Shown here piece after piece: positions 29,023 through 39,677 of a stretch of DNA of 64,000 bases (its first letter is position 1; every line of letters begins with the position of its first letter). Position numbers and translations under genes: made by a program. The notes beneath the pieces were generated by a model that ran no database searches, was not told where the DNA came from, and saw nothing but the letters and a program-made list of their open reading frames with translations. Origin of the DNA: Candidatus Borrarchaeum weybense (GTDB lineage: Archaea; Asgardarchaeota; Sifarchaeia; Borrarchaeales; Borrarchaeaceae); the NCBI GenBank assembly GCA_019057385.1, contig JAHQJS010000005.1, positions 379,130 through 443,129 of the forward strand. The letters run 5' to 3'.

Positions 29023-30015
29023 TCAGGTAAGATGTGGCAAGAATGGTACATCCTTCATAGTAAGAAAACCTGGAGGGGCATCCATCACAGCCTCGATCAA
29101 ATTCACAACTATTGCAACTGTCGCATCGTCTCCAAATAACCCATTCTGAATCTTAATGTCAATGTCTGGTTCCCCAAAAATCTGTGTTCTATCATATTGT
29201 TCTTTTGCATCAATTTCCATTCTGAGCACTAATTTTATTAAGTTTTCTCCATTTTTAGATCCTATTGCGGTCTGAAAAATTCCGGCGACTTCGCCTGGCT
29301 CGACTTCGAAATATTCTGTTTTTAATAGTTCTTTGGCGATTACGGGTTCAATTTTCTCATCTATAACTAGGTCCCAGCCAAGTGTATTTGCTATCATTAC
29401 CAAAGATTCAAGAAGCCCTACATGTCCTAATTTCTTTTCCTCGACTTTCTGCTGAAATTCACCTACCGTAAGCCCAGTACCTATCTTTCTTTGAAGTGGT
29501 TCGCGGCGAAGAGATGCGTTCACTATTCTTGTTACTTCAACTCGATTGACATTCTTACATACTGTAGTAAGGAAAACAGGTAACACGTCCATCACGAAGC
29601 CCGGGTTTACACCCGTTCCAAGTACAGTGACTCCAAATCGTTTAGCTTCGGCATCAATTTCGTCAGTGATTCGCGCATTAAAACCAATCGGATACGCTAA
29701 CTCTTCACAAGTTGATATTACATTCATTTTTTCCCGAACACATCGAAGTATTTGTGGTTTAATATCTACTAAACGAGATGTTGTAGAATGTAAAACAATA
29801 TCCGCATTGCCTTCACATATCGCTCCAATAGGATCTTTAGACACGATTACGCCTAATTTATTGATTCCTAATACCTCACCAACGTCCTTGCCTGCAATAT
29901 CTTCATCAGTATCAACTGCGCCTGTAAGTCGCTTCTCTTTGCCTCTTTTCAAAAGAAGTTTAACTATTTCTGTCCCAATCGATCCCATTCCATATTGTAT
30001 AACTCTTATAACCAT
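29023..30015 (-). CDS. DapB-like / 2,4-diaminopentanoate dehydrogenase (Ord)-family oxidoreductase
   Basis: QYGMGSIG, NVISTCEEL, GTGVNPGFVMD, GHVG..ES. Confidence 0.8.
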   Translation of the reverse strand: MVIRVIQYGMGSIGTEIVKLLLKRGKEKRLTGAVDTDEDIAGKDVGEVLGINKLGVIVSKDPIGAICEGNADIVLHSTTSRLVDIKPQILRCVREKMNVISTCEELAYPIGFNARITDEIDAEAKRFGVTVLGTGVNPGFVMDVLPVFLTTVCKNVNRVEVTRIVNASLRREPLQRKIGTGLTVGEFQQKVEEKKLGHVGLLESLVMIANTLGWDLVIDEKIEPVIAKELLKTEYFEVEPGEVAGIFQTAIGSKNGENLIKLVLRMEIDAKEQYDRTQIFGEPDIDIKIQNGLFGDDATVAIVVNLIEAVMDAPPGFLTMKDVPFLPHLT

Positions 30016-30125
30016 GAAAAATCCACCCATTCATTATATAGTCATAAGACTTCTATTAATAAATTTGGTACAACATTTATTCCAGATTATGTGATTGCTT
30101 ATGATTAATTGTTGGAGGGCTTATA

Positions 30126-30401
30126 ATGTCGGTAAGAGCCCATGTTTGGGTGTCTGGAAGAGTTCATGGAGTGTTCTTTCGGGCAACTACTCGTCGAGTT
30201 GCAAAAAGATTTGGACTAACAGGCTGGGTAAAAAACCTTCGTGATGGACGAGTTGAAGCTATCTTTGAAGGCCCACGAGAAAAAGTGGACGAAATGATCA
30301 AATTTTGTCACGAAGGACCTCCAACTGCAATTATAAAGAACGTTGAGGTTAAATGGGAGGATCCTACCGGAACGTTTGATGATTTTGATATAGCGTTCTA
30401 A
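30126..30401 (+). CDS. acyP: acylphosphatase
   Basis: SGRVHGVFFR, GWVKNL.DGRVE. Confidence 0.95.
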   Translation: MSVRAHVWVSGRVHGVFFRATTRRVAKRFGLTGWVKNLRDGRVEAIFEGPREKVDEMIKFCHEGPPTAIIKNVEVKWEDPTGTFDDFDIAF

Positions 30402-30442
30402 ATCGTATTAAAATACGAGGTGGACGTCTCATATGACTGAAG

Positions 30443-31177
30443 ATGATCCTTATGTCATCGTTTAGTTCAAAAGTAATTGAAGATCCTTCTTTGCGAAATA
30501 AAACTCGCATATTCAAGGATCGAGAACATGCTGGTCAATTGCTTGCAGATAAACTTGAAAGTTTCACTACTAAAGATACTGTGTTGTTAGCAATACCTGC
30601 AGGTGGTGTCCCAGTTGGTTTTGTCATCGCGAAAGCATTTCAAATCCCTTTGAATCTGATTATCTTACGAAAAATCAAAATTCCTTGGAATCCTGAAGCT
30701 GGTTTTGGGAGTGTCGCACCCGATGGTACTGTTTTTCTAAATGAGCCCTTGGTTAAACGGCTAGGATTAACAAAGGATGAAATTGAACGTTCTGCTGCTG
30801 AGACTCTCAATGAGATCAAAAGAAGACAACAACAATTTGGAGTTGAATTTCCGAACGTTAAAGATAAAACTGTTGTCCTTGTAGATGATGGCTTAGCTTC
30901 TGGCTTTACTATGATCGCAGCAATTAATTTCGTAAAAAAGTATTCTTCAATGGTTATTGTCGCAGTCCCAACTGCACCCTTAGGAACGGTCCAGCGTGTT
31001 GCCCCACTTGTGGATAAACTTGTATGCTTGAATGTCCGTGAATCTTGGGTTTTTGCGGTCGCAGATGCATATCAAAAATGGTATGATCTTAATGATGACG
31101 AAGTTAAGGGATATCTCACCAAAGCTGCTAAAAATATCTCATCAAAAATAGAAAAAAAGAGGGAGTTTACGCCTTAG
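30443..31177 (+). CDS. phosphoribosyltransferase family protein
   Basis: F.DR..AG..LA, VVLVDDGLASG. Confidence 0.88.
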   Translation: MILMSSFSSKVIEDPSLRNKTRIFKDREHAGQLLADKLESFTTKDTVLLAIPAGGVPVGFVIAKAFQIPLNLIILRKIKIPWNPEAGFGSVAPDGTVFLNEPLVKRLGLTKDEIERSAAETLNEIKRRQQQFGVEFPNVKDKTVVLVDDGLASGFTMIAAINFVKKYSSMVIVAVPTAPLGTVQRVAPLVDKLVCLNVRESWVFAVADAYQKWYDLNDDEVKGYLTKAAKNISSKIEKKREFTP

Positions 31178-31524
31178 CGGAAATGATCTCTAACAGTCCA
31201 TAGATAAATCACAATAATTACTGGAATTATTATTCCAAAGATAGGACTGAAATCACCATAAGCAACCGCTGATCCGATTCCCGACACAATTGAAATGATA
31301 TTCAGTATTACGATGATCCACCACGCCCACATTTTGAGGTTCCACAGTGCAAAGGTCACAAGAAATGATACTATACCTATGACAAGAAACACCGCTCCGA
31401 CAACTGCTAAAAGTGGGATAAAGAGTCCGCCTAAAACCATTATGGCGCCGAGTGCAATTAACGCAATAGCTCCGATCCATGAAAGGATACAAATGATCGT
31501 TACTCCTAGAGGTCTATCTGCCAT
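31174..31524 (-). CDS. small four-TM membrane protein (RPLGVT family), paralog A
   Basis: MADRPLGVTI...W.LKMWAWW...YLWTV.DHFR. Confidence 0.75.
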   Translation of the reverse strand: MADRPLGVTIICILSWIGAIALIALGAIMVLGGLFIPLLAVVGAVFLVIGIVSFLVTFALWNLKMWAWWIIVILNIISIVSGIGSAVAYGDFSPIFGIIIPVIIVIYLWTVRDHFR

Positions 31525-31761
31525 TTTCCTCACACCTGTTTTTGAAAATTTTCTGATAATTATAACTTTTTACCTACCATTATAAAAAGTCTTCAGTATA
31601 GGATGAAATCTGTCTTCTAGCTTGTGATTAAACACATCTTAATCACTTAGGAAATAGTCATTATGTCCGTTAATGGCCAGTAAACCACGATACCTGATGA
31701 AAACTACTCTTTCAGATATTTTAAAATAAATTATAAAAAAAAGGAGAGCTAAAAGTTGATT

Positions 31762-32118
31762 TCATCTGAAGTGATCTTTGACAGTCCAGAGATATAGCAC
31801 GATGATTACCGGAATAATAATACCGATAATAGGACCTGCAGAACCTTGAGATACTGCTGAGCCAATGCCTAGCACAATCTGGATAACATTTAAAATTATG
31901 ACAAGCCACCATGCCCACATTTTAAGTTGCCAAAGCGCAAAGGTTACAAAGAATAATAATATGCCAATGATGAGTATTGTTAAACTCAGTACTAACCCAA
32001 GTCCTGAACTAATCGCAATACTTGCAATAGCACCAATGGCGCCTAATCCGATAAGTATTATAGCTCCAATCCATGAAAGGATACAAAGAATTGTTACGCC
32101 TAATGGTCTGTCCGCCAT
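31762..32118 (-). CDS. small four-TM membrane protein (RPLGVT family), paralog B
   Basis: tandem paralog of 31174-31524. Confidence 0.75.
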   Translation of the reverse strand: MADRPLGVTILCILSWIGAIILIGLGAIGAIASIAISSGLGLVLSLTILIIGILLFFVTFALWQLKMWAWWLVIILNVIQIVLGIGSAVSQGSAGPIIGIIIPVIIVLYLWTVKDHFR

Positions 32119-32371
32119 TTTCCTTCCTCGCACATTTTTAATTTTGATATTATAGTATTCATTCTACAAAAGGCTTTGTATAAAAATTTCAAAGGTATTA
32201 TGCTGTTCTACTTCTAACTCTCCTTTTTATCAACGGTTGGTGTAAATAGATCCTCACTTAGATTTTTCAAAACACTTAACTTACAAGGGTTTTTAGTAAA
32301 CCTGAAAAGTTATATAAAATCTGGAAGCCGTTTTACTCTAAGAAACCATTTATATCAAGAAAGGTGAGAAA

Positions 32372-32827
32372 TTGAGTTCAATTACTTGTCCTGAGTGCGG
32401 CTCCGCAAATACCCCTGATTCAGTATTTTGTGCGGCATGTGGCGCCTCATTAGCAACTGCAACCCCACCCCCGCCACCACCAGCAGAGACTACCTATCAG
32501 CCACCCCCGCCAACCGTTTCTCCTGTAGAACGACCAACTGGAGTTACAATTCTAGGAGTACTAGCTGTAATTGCAGCTATTCTTCAGATAATTTCAGGTT
32601 TAATATTGGCGGCTTTAACTGACAATGGAGGCTTCATTGTACTTTTCTTGATCATTGGCATCTTTTATTTCATCACAGGTTGGGGACTTTTGAATTTGAA
32701 AAAATGGAGCTGGTATATTGCTCTGATCTTGTCGCTAATCGGTCTTATAGGCTTCCCTATAGGCACCATCATAAGTATAATCGTGCTTTGGTACCTCTTC
32801 AAAACCAAAACCTATTTCGGCTTATAG
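32372..32827 (+). CDS. zinc-ribbon + polyproline + RPTGVT membrane domain protein
   Basis: CPECG..N...SVFC..CG..L; PPPPPP; RPTGVT...W.L..LKKW.W. Confidence 0.75.
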   Translation: MSSITCPECGSANTPDSVFCAACGASLATATPPPPPPAETTYQPPPPTVSPVERPTGVTILGVLAVIAAILQIISGLILAALTDNGGFIVLFLIIGIFYFITGWGLLNLKKWSWYIALILSLIGLIGFPIGTIISIIVLWYLFKTKTYFGL

Positions 32828-32952
32828 CAGCATAAGATCTCTATCAGCATCCCCCTACTCTTTTTTTATGGCTTAGCTTGAGAAACCATGTCCTTAATAT
32901 ACCCGCAAGCAGTAGTTATCTAATACTGGATTGATTTGGAGAGGGAAGGTCA

Positions 32953-33477
32953 ATGAGTACAATATATTGCCCACAATGTGGAGCTCCAAACACGATTGAT
33001 AGTGCATTCTGTGCATCTTGTGGTGCTTCTCTTGCAATTTCAACAGAAACTACGCCTTCACCTACAACAACAGCACCTCCACCTCCGCCACCGCCAACAA
33101 CTGTAACTCCTCCTATACAAACAACATACGAACAACCGGAACTTTTACCCGATGGAGAGCCCTACTTAGTCAATAAAACTCCTAGATATCACAAACGTTG
33201 GGAGGAAAAACGATTTAATGAACTACTAGCTCTGTGGGAGGAAAAAGTTGCCGAAGCAGAGAAAAATGCAGTTAAAGGTACTGGTTTACCTCTAGCTTTG
33301 ATCATCATCGGGATTATAGCGCTTGGAGGATTCGTTGGCATTATTATCCTAATAGCTGGTGTATGGATGTATTCTAAAAGAAACGATGCAAAGAAAAACC
33401 TAACAAAATATCGCGGAGTTCTCTTTTATCTGAGAGATTATGTCAGCAAGTATGGGAGCGCCAGCACAAATCTCTAG
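32953..33477 (+). CDS. zinc-ribbon + polyproline + membrane protein
   Basis: CPQCG..N...SAFC..CG..L; PPPPPPP; C-terminal TM hairpin. Confidence 0.72.
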   Translation: MSTIYCPQCGAPNTIDSAFCASCGASLAISTETTPSPTTTAPPPPPPPTTVTPPIQTTYEQPELLPDGEPYLVNKTPRYHKRWEEKRFNELLALWEEKVAEAEKNAVKGTGLPLALIIIGIIALGGFVGIIILIAGVWMYSKRNDAKKNLTKYRGVLFYLRDYVSKYGSASTNL

Positions 33478-33803
33478 TATAATCAGCCTATGATGCCAAG
33501 AACCGGAATTCCATTCTTCCGGAGCTTATTTTTTTTTCTAGTTGTTTCTAACATGAAAAATCATACTTCATTAGTTTATCAACCCAATAAAGTGTTTTAC
33601 CAGGAATTTATGCTCTAGAAAAGAATTTTACTTTCGTTTAGGGGATCTGCGGAGGATTTTACTAGATGCTTTATAAGGTAGGCAAAGTTTTATGTACCCC
33701 GATGTCAGTAACAATATTAGTACCAATACGGTGGTACTAGACCAAATTCCTTCAAAAATTTATGAAGGAAGATTACAGAAATATTCCTAGAGGTATGTTC
33801 ACT

Positions 33804-34274
33804 ATGAGTGAAACAACTTATTGTTCTAAATGCGGAGCGATGAACACAACTGATAGCAATTTTTGCAGTTCCTGTGGCGCTACGCTTGCCCCGCCAAAAG
33901 AAGTTATACCCCCACCCCCCGCAACAACTGCTCCACCTCCGCCACCCCCACCTCAAACGACATCAGCCCCACCGGCCTATCAAACTCAGATGACTGACGC
34001 CCAACTTATGACAGTTCGTAAAAACGAAGCTATAAGCGTTATTTTAACCCTCCTACTTCCAGGCTTAGGGCATTTATACGTAAATAAAATAAAGCGTGGT
34101 CTTGTCTTCATCGTTATAAGCATTATAATGTGGGTCATTGGAGCGACATTAATTCTAATTCCCATAACACTCGTCTGGTACTTATATGGGATATACGATT
34201 GCTACCAATTGACCAAGAAACACAACGAAGCACTTTTCAGTCTACGACGACCCCCACAAGAAGATGAATTCTAA
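33804..34274 (+). CDS. zinc-ribbon + polyproline + TM2-like domain protein
   Basis: CSKCG..N...SNFC..CG..L; PPPPPPP; L.LLLPGLGHLY. Confidence 0.75.
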   Translation: MSETTYCSKCGAMNTTDSNFCSSCGATLAPPKEVIPPPPATTAPPPPPPPQTTSAPPAYQTQMTDAQLMTVRKNEAISVILTLLLPGLGHLYVNKIKRGLVFIVISIIMWVIGATLILIPITLVWYLYGIYDCYQLTKKHNEALFSLRRPPQEDEF

Positions 34275-34321
34275 GCCAGCTACGCTCCTATCGTTTTTTT
34301 TATCCAAAAAAATCCTTCTTT

Positions 34322-35206
34322 TCATGTCATGTCCCATTCTTTAATGAACTGGTTTAGGTGTTCTTCCCCATAGAATTTGTTAATGTAGTCCGTTGCCGTT
34401 TTCCTCGCCTTTTTAAGTTCTTGATCTGTTTGTATAGTCCATATTGGAGTTCTGTGAGTTCTCTGATCCCTTAGCCAGTCAATATCTATGGTTTTATATA
34501 CCACACCCTCATGGTTACCAATATGTGTTAAATCCATTATTATGTCGCCTATTTGAGGTCCGGCAATATAGGTCCCTGGTTTGGTTTTACCGGCTTCACC
34601 ACCAACGACGACATAATTACAGTTTTCCCTGGCCCTGATTCGTGCGAAAAGATCAGTTTCCAAGAAGTAGGGGATTGGCATACGGCTGGGCACATAAACA
34701 ATTTCTGCTCCCATCTCTCCTAAAATTTTCATAAAATCGGGTAACCATAACTCTATGCATTGACCAAGACCAATTTTACACATACCAGTATCATATACTT
34801 CAGGTTTATCTCCAAGTTTGAATTTATAGCCTTGAGATCTAACTACAGCAGGTTCCCATGAGCAATAAGGGTGCATTTTATTATAAATGGTTGCAATACC
34901 GCCGTCAGGCTTTATTAGAATAACAGAGTTATGTATTGTCTTTTCTTCTTTGTCTATATAGCGATTCAAGTTAATGCCGAGCCATACACCGTGCTCATTT
35001 GCAAAACTCGATACATTGTCGAGCACTTCGCAACTATCCAAATCACAGATGTAACTAAATCCTACAAAGTATTCTGGGAAAAAGATATAGTCACATTCAA
35101 CTTTTATAGCATCTTTACACATGTCTAGTTGTTTTTTTAGCCTATCCATCGGTTTCATTTCATGTGGTAATGAAGGCTGTAGAGCAGCAATTTTAATTTT
35201 ACCCAT
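34322..35206 (-). CDS. carbon-nitrogen hydrolase (nitrilase superfamily)
   Basis: Glu-Lys-Cys triad: FPE, YNKMH, GQCIE; RAREN. Confidence 0.88.
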   Translation of the reverse strand: MGKIKIAALQPSLPHEMKPMDRLKKQLDMCKDAIKVECDYIFFPEYFVGFSYICDLDSCEVLDNVSSFANEHGVWLGINLNRYIDKEEKTIHNSVILIKPDGGIATIYNKMHPYCSWEPAVVRSQGYKFKLGDKPEVYDTGMCKIGLGQCIELWLPDFMKILGEMGAEIVYVPSRMPIPYFLETDLFARIRARENCNYVVVGGEAGKTKPGTYIAGPQIGDIIMDLTHIGNHEGVVYKTIDIDWLRDQRTHRTPIWTIQTDQELKKARKTATDYINKFYGEEHLNQFIKEWDMT

Positions 35207-35284
35207 TAGAAATAACCTCGCTTTTTCTCAATTAAATTCTTTTATCCGTCAACCAATAACGTGTTTTATGATGCAATGTCATCT

Positions 35285-36169
35285 TTATGAACTAAAAAGG
35301 CGTTCAAGGAGTTTTTTAGTTTTAATTCGGTGCGTATCAAGCCCTAATTCTTTTGGTTCGAGTCCCATAGCAAGCCCAAGAAGTTCCATGTAGTAAATCA
35401 CTGGTATATTGTATTCTTCTTTCAGCTGTTTCTGAATCTGAAATTGTCCGACATCAAATTGGATGAAACAGAAAGGACATACTGTTACAATACAATCTGC
35501 GCCAACTCTTTTCATCTCTATAAGTTTTTGTCTTGTCATTTGCAATGCAGAATCCATGTCTATGCTACGAATTCCTGTGCCACAACACTCCATTTTCTTC
35601 AAGTATGGAATGCTTGTCGCGCCTAAAGCTTCAACTAACACATCAAGTGATTGAGGTCTTTCTGGGTCGTCAAACGCCAAGATGGCACTCGGTCTAATAA
35701 GATGACAACCATAATGAACTGCAACCTTCAGATTTTGAAGAGGCTGTTTTACCATATCCTTAATTTTCTCGGGCCCAATCTCTTCAAAGAGGATTTCTAC
35801 AATATGACGGACTTTTATGTCCCCTTTAAATTCTTTATTTATTTGAGAGAGGATAGCGTTTACTTCTTCTTTTAAGGTAGGATCATGCTTCAGTTCATGA
35901 TTAGTTGTTTTTAGCGTTTCGAAACAACCATTACAGAGAGTTAGCATGTCGTAGCCCATTTCTTCTGCAATGGCGATATTTCTTGCACCTAAAGAAAACC
36001 ATGTCGTTTGGTCAAGCGATTGAATCCCGATAGGATCAGGGCAGCATCCCGCCCCGTTCAAAGGCAGTAAGTCTATGTTAAAGGCTGGTAGAACTTTCCT
36101 AACTGAGGCCTCAAAGTTCTGTAGACGTAAGGGGATCATGCAACCAAGAAAAAAGCCATAACTTGTCAT
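35285..36169 (-). CDS. hdrB: heterodisulfide reductase subunit B
   Basis: two CCG domains (FLGC, GCCP, CNGC, HYGCH, CCG, CPFC..Q.D). Confidence 0.92.
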   Translation of the reverse strand: MTSYGFFLGCMIPLRLQNFEASVRKVLPAFNIDLLPLNGAGCCPDPIGIQSLDQTTWFSLGARNIAIAEEMGYDMLTLCNGCFETLKTTNHELKHDPTLKEEVNAILSQINKEFKGDIKVRHIVEILFEEIGPEKIKDMVKQPLQNLKVAVHYGCHLIRPSAILAFDDPERPQSLDVLVEALGATSIPYLKKMECCGTGIRSIDMDSALQMTRQKLIEMKRVGADCIVTVCPFCFIQFDVGQFQIQKQLKEEYNIPVIYYMELLGLAMGLEPKELGLDTHRIKTKKLLERLFSS

Positions 36170-36663
36170 TGCGTCTCCTCCTGCTCTGCCTTTTGCTCTT
36201 TAAGAGTTGATCCATTAAATTCAAGTTTCTTGTCAATACCGGTTAGTTCCATTATTTTTTGAATTTCGTCAACGTTAACCGCTGGGAATTCTGGTAGTCC
36301 CAGTTTCTTTCGTCGTCTTTCTATGGGGGACGAATATGCAACTGTTGTGCCTGTCGTATAAATTTGCATGGCTTCTTCTTTAAGCCCTATTGGAAATTTT
36401 CCGTTTGAAGTCGCGACATTCTTTAACTGAAACAACACCTCTGCAGGGTAGACTAATTCTGGACAACGTTCGACACAGGCATGGCAGGCGGTACACAGCC
36501 AGATTACATCATCTGCGACCATTTTATCTGTATTTCCAAGAAGCATGTAAGCGATTATTTTGCGAGGATTAAATCTACCGGTAATTTTGGCAGAGGGGCA
36601 TGCACCGGTACAGGTGCCGCATTGGTAGCAGCGCTTAATCAGTACTTCGAAATTTTCTGGCAT
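36166..36663 (-). CDS. hdrC: heterodisulfide reductase subunit C
   Basis: CYQCGTCTGACP and CTACHACVERCP; overlaps hdrB start. Confidence 0.92.
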   Translation of the reverse strand: MPENFEVLIKRCYQCGTCTGACPSAKITGRFNPRKIIAYMLLGNTDKMVADDVIWLCTACHACVERCPELVYPAEVLFQLKNVATSNGKFPIGLKEEAMQIYTTGTTVAYSSPIERRRKKLGLPEFPAVNVDEIQKIMELTGIDKKLEFNGSTLKEQKAEQEETQ

Positions 36664-36945
36664 TGCTTATCTCTCCCTTACTGCAATTAATTTTCAAATT
36701 ATTGACCGAAAGCTTACGTGATAATTCTTCAAATATCAGGAATCGAGAGTTTAAGTAAGCATAGTAAACGATAATGAAGTTACAAGTAACGAAGGTTAAT
36801 AAATATCTTATCCTTATAACAACGCTCAAAGAAAGGGAACTTCAGATTAAGACATCCTCAGAACGAAATGTACTTTAATATTTTTATATTCTACAAGATT
36901 TATTGAGATCATATTATACATTCTCTTAACGACAGAGGGATACAT

Positions 36946-38184
36946 ATGGAAGTAATCAAATCAATAGATGATATTGAAGTGAAAGGGAAAAGGGTTTTAG
37001 TTAGAGTTGACTTCAACTCCCCTATTGATCCAATGACAGGAAAAATTCAGGACGATACTCGAATCAGACGTCACGCAAAAACTATTCAGAATTTAGTCGA
37101 ACGTGGTGCAAAAGTTATTGTAATGGCGCATCAAGGTAGACCTGGAGACGCAGACTTTACAAGCCTTGAGCAACACGCTGAAGTACTTGGTAAAGTACTA
37201 GGGCGCCCTGTTCAATTTGTAAATAGTATTTTTGACGAAGCGGCAAGAGATAAAATTAGCGAATTAAATGACGGGGATATCCTCGTCCTTGAGAACACTC
37301 GTTTTTATTCAGAAGAGGTTATTGAACGACCTGTTGAGGAACAAGCAAAGACCGAAATGGTACAAAAGTTAGCACCCTTACTTGATGCCTACGTTAATGA
37401 TGCTTTCTCAGCTGCACACAGGTCACAACCTTCGCTTGTAGGTTTCATTCCAGTCTTGCCATCGGCGATTGGATATGTTATGAAAGACGAGTTAGACGCG
37501 CTGATGAAAGTCGCAGGTAGTTCTGCACAAAAACCTTGTGTTTACGTGCTAGGTGGAGCAAAACCAGAAGATACACTAAAAGTGATTGAGTATGTATTAG
37601 AGCAAAATATTGCAGATTCAGTTTTAGCATCTGGTATAATGGGAAATCTTTTCTTGTTAGCAAAAGGTTTTGATATTGGCGATTCATACAGGGATTTCCT
37701 CTCAGAGAAAGGATACCTAAAGGTCATGGAAAAAGCAAAAGACGTGCTAAACAGATTTGAGAGCAGAATCGTGCTGCCAGAGGATCTCGCTATAGGGGAA
37801 AATGGAACACGTGTGGAAGTTTCTCTGAATGAACTGCCATTATCCGCTTTACCCTGTGATATTGGTAAAAAGACTATTGAAAAATTCTCACAAGTCATAA
37901 ACAACGCGAAAACAATTGTTTGCAACGGCAGTCCCGGGCAATATGAAAAGGAAACTTTTGCTGTTGGGACAAAAGAAGTATTTTCTGCCATCGCTGAAAG
38001 CACCAACAAAGGGGCATTTTCGGTTGCAGGAGGTGGTCACACAATTGCTGGTTTGAACAAGTATAACTTACTAAACAAGATTTCCTTTGTCTCAACTTCA
38101 GGAAAAGCAATGTTGTTGCTTCTTATGGGTGAATATAAAAAATTAGTTGTCCTCGAGGCTTTCAAAGCTTATGGTCAGTCCTGA
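36946..38184 (+). CDS. pgk: phosphoglycerate kinase (archaeal type)
   Basis: RVDFNSP, AHQGRPG, LENTRF, NDAF.AAHR, GGGHT. Confidence 0.96.
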   Translation: MEVIKSIDDIEVKGKRVLVRVDFNSPIDPMTGKIQDDTRIRRHAKTIQNLVERGAKVIVMAHQGRPGDADFTSLEQHAEVLGKVLGRPVQFVNSIFDEAARDKISELNDGDILVLENTRFYSEEVIERPVEEQAKTEMVQKLAPLLDAYVNDAFSAAHRSQPSLVGFIPVLPSAIGYVMKDELDALMKVAGSSAQKPCVYVLGGAKPEDTLKVIEYVLEQNIADSVLASGIMGNLFLLAKGFDIGDSYRDFLSEKGYLKVMEKAKDVLNRFESRIVLPEDLAIGENGTRVEVSLNELPLSALPCDIGKKTIEKFSQVINNAKTIVCNGSPGQYEKETFAVGTKEVFSAIAESTNKGAFSVAGGGHTIAGLNKYNLLNKISFVSTSGKAMLLLLMGEYKKLVVLEAFKAYGQS

Positions 38185-38236
38185 CCGACTTTTTCTTTTT
38201 GTGACAAGAAAAAGAAAAAATAAATTATGATCTATC

Positions 38237-39580
38237 TCATAACTTTTTAGCAGCTAGTTCTGCGGCCAAGCATACAGTTTCCAAAGTATCCGCAATTGGG
38301 GGTGCATAGCACGTATCAACTTTTGCAAGCTCATTTACTGTCATATTACTCTGGATAGCAGTGGCAACCATATTAACTCTATGCCCAACGTCCTCGCGAG
38401 CTACAATTTGTGCACCTATGACTCTGCTATCATCTTTTCTAGCAAGTATCTTTACTTTTACTTTAGAGCCTCCAGGGAAATAATGTGGTTTTGTATGACC
38501 TGTCATCTTTCCAATGACTGTTTCAATGTTAGCTCTATCAGCAGCCCATTTTGTCAAGCCGGTGGCCCCGATTTCCAAACCATGAATCTTGGTCACAGAT
38601 GACATGAGTACGCCAGGAAAGATGTCTCGTTGTCCAGCTGCGTTTCGACCAGCCACAAGCCCTTGACGAGTGGCCGTCGTTCCTAATTGAGAAAGTATGT
38701 ATTCGCCCGTGATCAAGTGTTTACATTCCACACAATCGCCAATCGCGTATATATCGGGAATGCTCGTTTCCATGTGTTTATTTACTTGTATACCTTTTCC
38801 AACGCTTATACCAGCTGCTTTTGCTAACTTGACGTCTGCGCGTACGCCAGTTGCATTGATTGCAAAATCTGTATCTATTGTTTCTTCACCTATAACACAT
38901 GCGTTAATTTCTTCATCGCCCAGTATTTCATCAACCCCACAACCGGTTATAATTTCAATTCCTAGGTCAGTCAACTCTTTGTGTACATCTTTGGCCATAT
39001 CTTTGTCCAGTACAAGAGGTAAAATATAAGGTAGCATTTCAACTATCGTGACTTCAAGTCCTCGTTCTCGCAAAGCAACAGCTATTTCAAGACCGATAAG
39101 CCCCGCCCCAATTATAACAACACTTTTTGAGGTTTTAGCCCTTTCTTCGATTTCTATGCCATCTTCGATAGTTCTAAGAGGTAAAACCCCTTCTGTATCA
39201 ATCCCAGGGATTGGAGGACAAAATACATCTGCACCAGTGGCTAAAATTAGCGAGTCATACTCAATTGTTGATTCAGTTCCATTTTTGTCTATCGCCATAA
39301 TGTATTTGCCTTTAGGCTCTATCTGTGTAACAGTAGTTTCAAGAAATGTATCGATTTTTGACATTTTGAAATAACTTTCACTATAGACAGTTAAATCATT
39401 GTAGCTTGGGATTTCTTTGCCGATGACGAAAGGCAATCCGCAACGTGAGTACCCGATGTCTTTATGCATATCAATTAGCGTTATCTCCGCCTTTCGATCG
39501 GTTTTTCTTGCAAAGGATGCAGCGCTGCTTCCAGCTGCACCGCCACCCACTATAACTATCTTTCGTGTCATTTTATTCAC
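38237..39580 (-). CDS. NADH oxidase / CoA-disulfide reductase family flavoprotein
   Basis: GGGAAG, YSRCGLP redox Cys, GAGLIGLE, YAPP. Confidence 0.9.
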   Translation of the reverse strand: MNKMTRKIVIVGGGAAGSSAASFARKTDRKAEITLIDMHKDIGYSRCGLPFVIGKEIPSYNDLTVYSESYFKMSKIDTFLETTVTQIEPKGKYIMAIDKNGTESTIEYDSLILATGADVFCPPIPGIDTEGVLPLRTIEDGIEIEERAKTSKSVVIIGAGLIGLEIAVALRERGLEVTIVEMLPYILPLVLDKDMAKDVHKELTDLGIEIITGCGVDEILGDEEINACVIGEETIDTDFAINATGVRADVKLAKAAGISVGKGIQVNKHMETSIPDIYAIGDCVECKHLITGEYILSQLGTTATRQGLVAGRNAAGQRDIFPGVLMSSVTKIHGLEIGATGLTKWAADRANIETVIGKMTGHTKPHYFPGGSKVKVKILARKDDSRVIGAQIVAREDVGHRVNMVATAIQSNMTVNELAKVDTCYAPPIADTLETVCLAAELAAKKL

Positions 39581-39677
39581 CTGATTAAAGCTATAAACTT
39601 ATCTTAAATCTATTTGGAAGTTATGGTATCTAAATGAAAAATAGAAGAAAAATAGAAGAATGAAAAAGTCAAAGAAA

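Noticed and set aside
29546-30094. 182-aa ORF on the + strand (and similar antisense ORFs over pgk, acd and ribosomal genes)
   Set aside because: antisense to well-supported genes and lacking motifs
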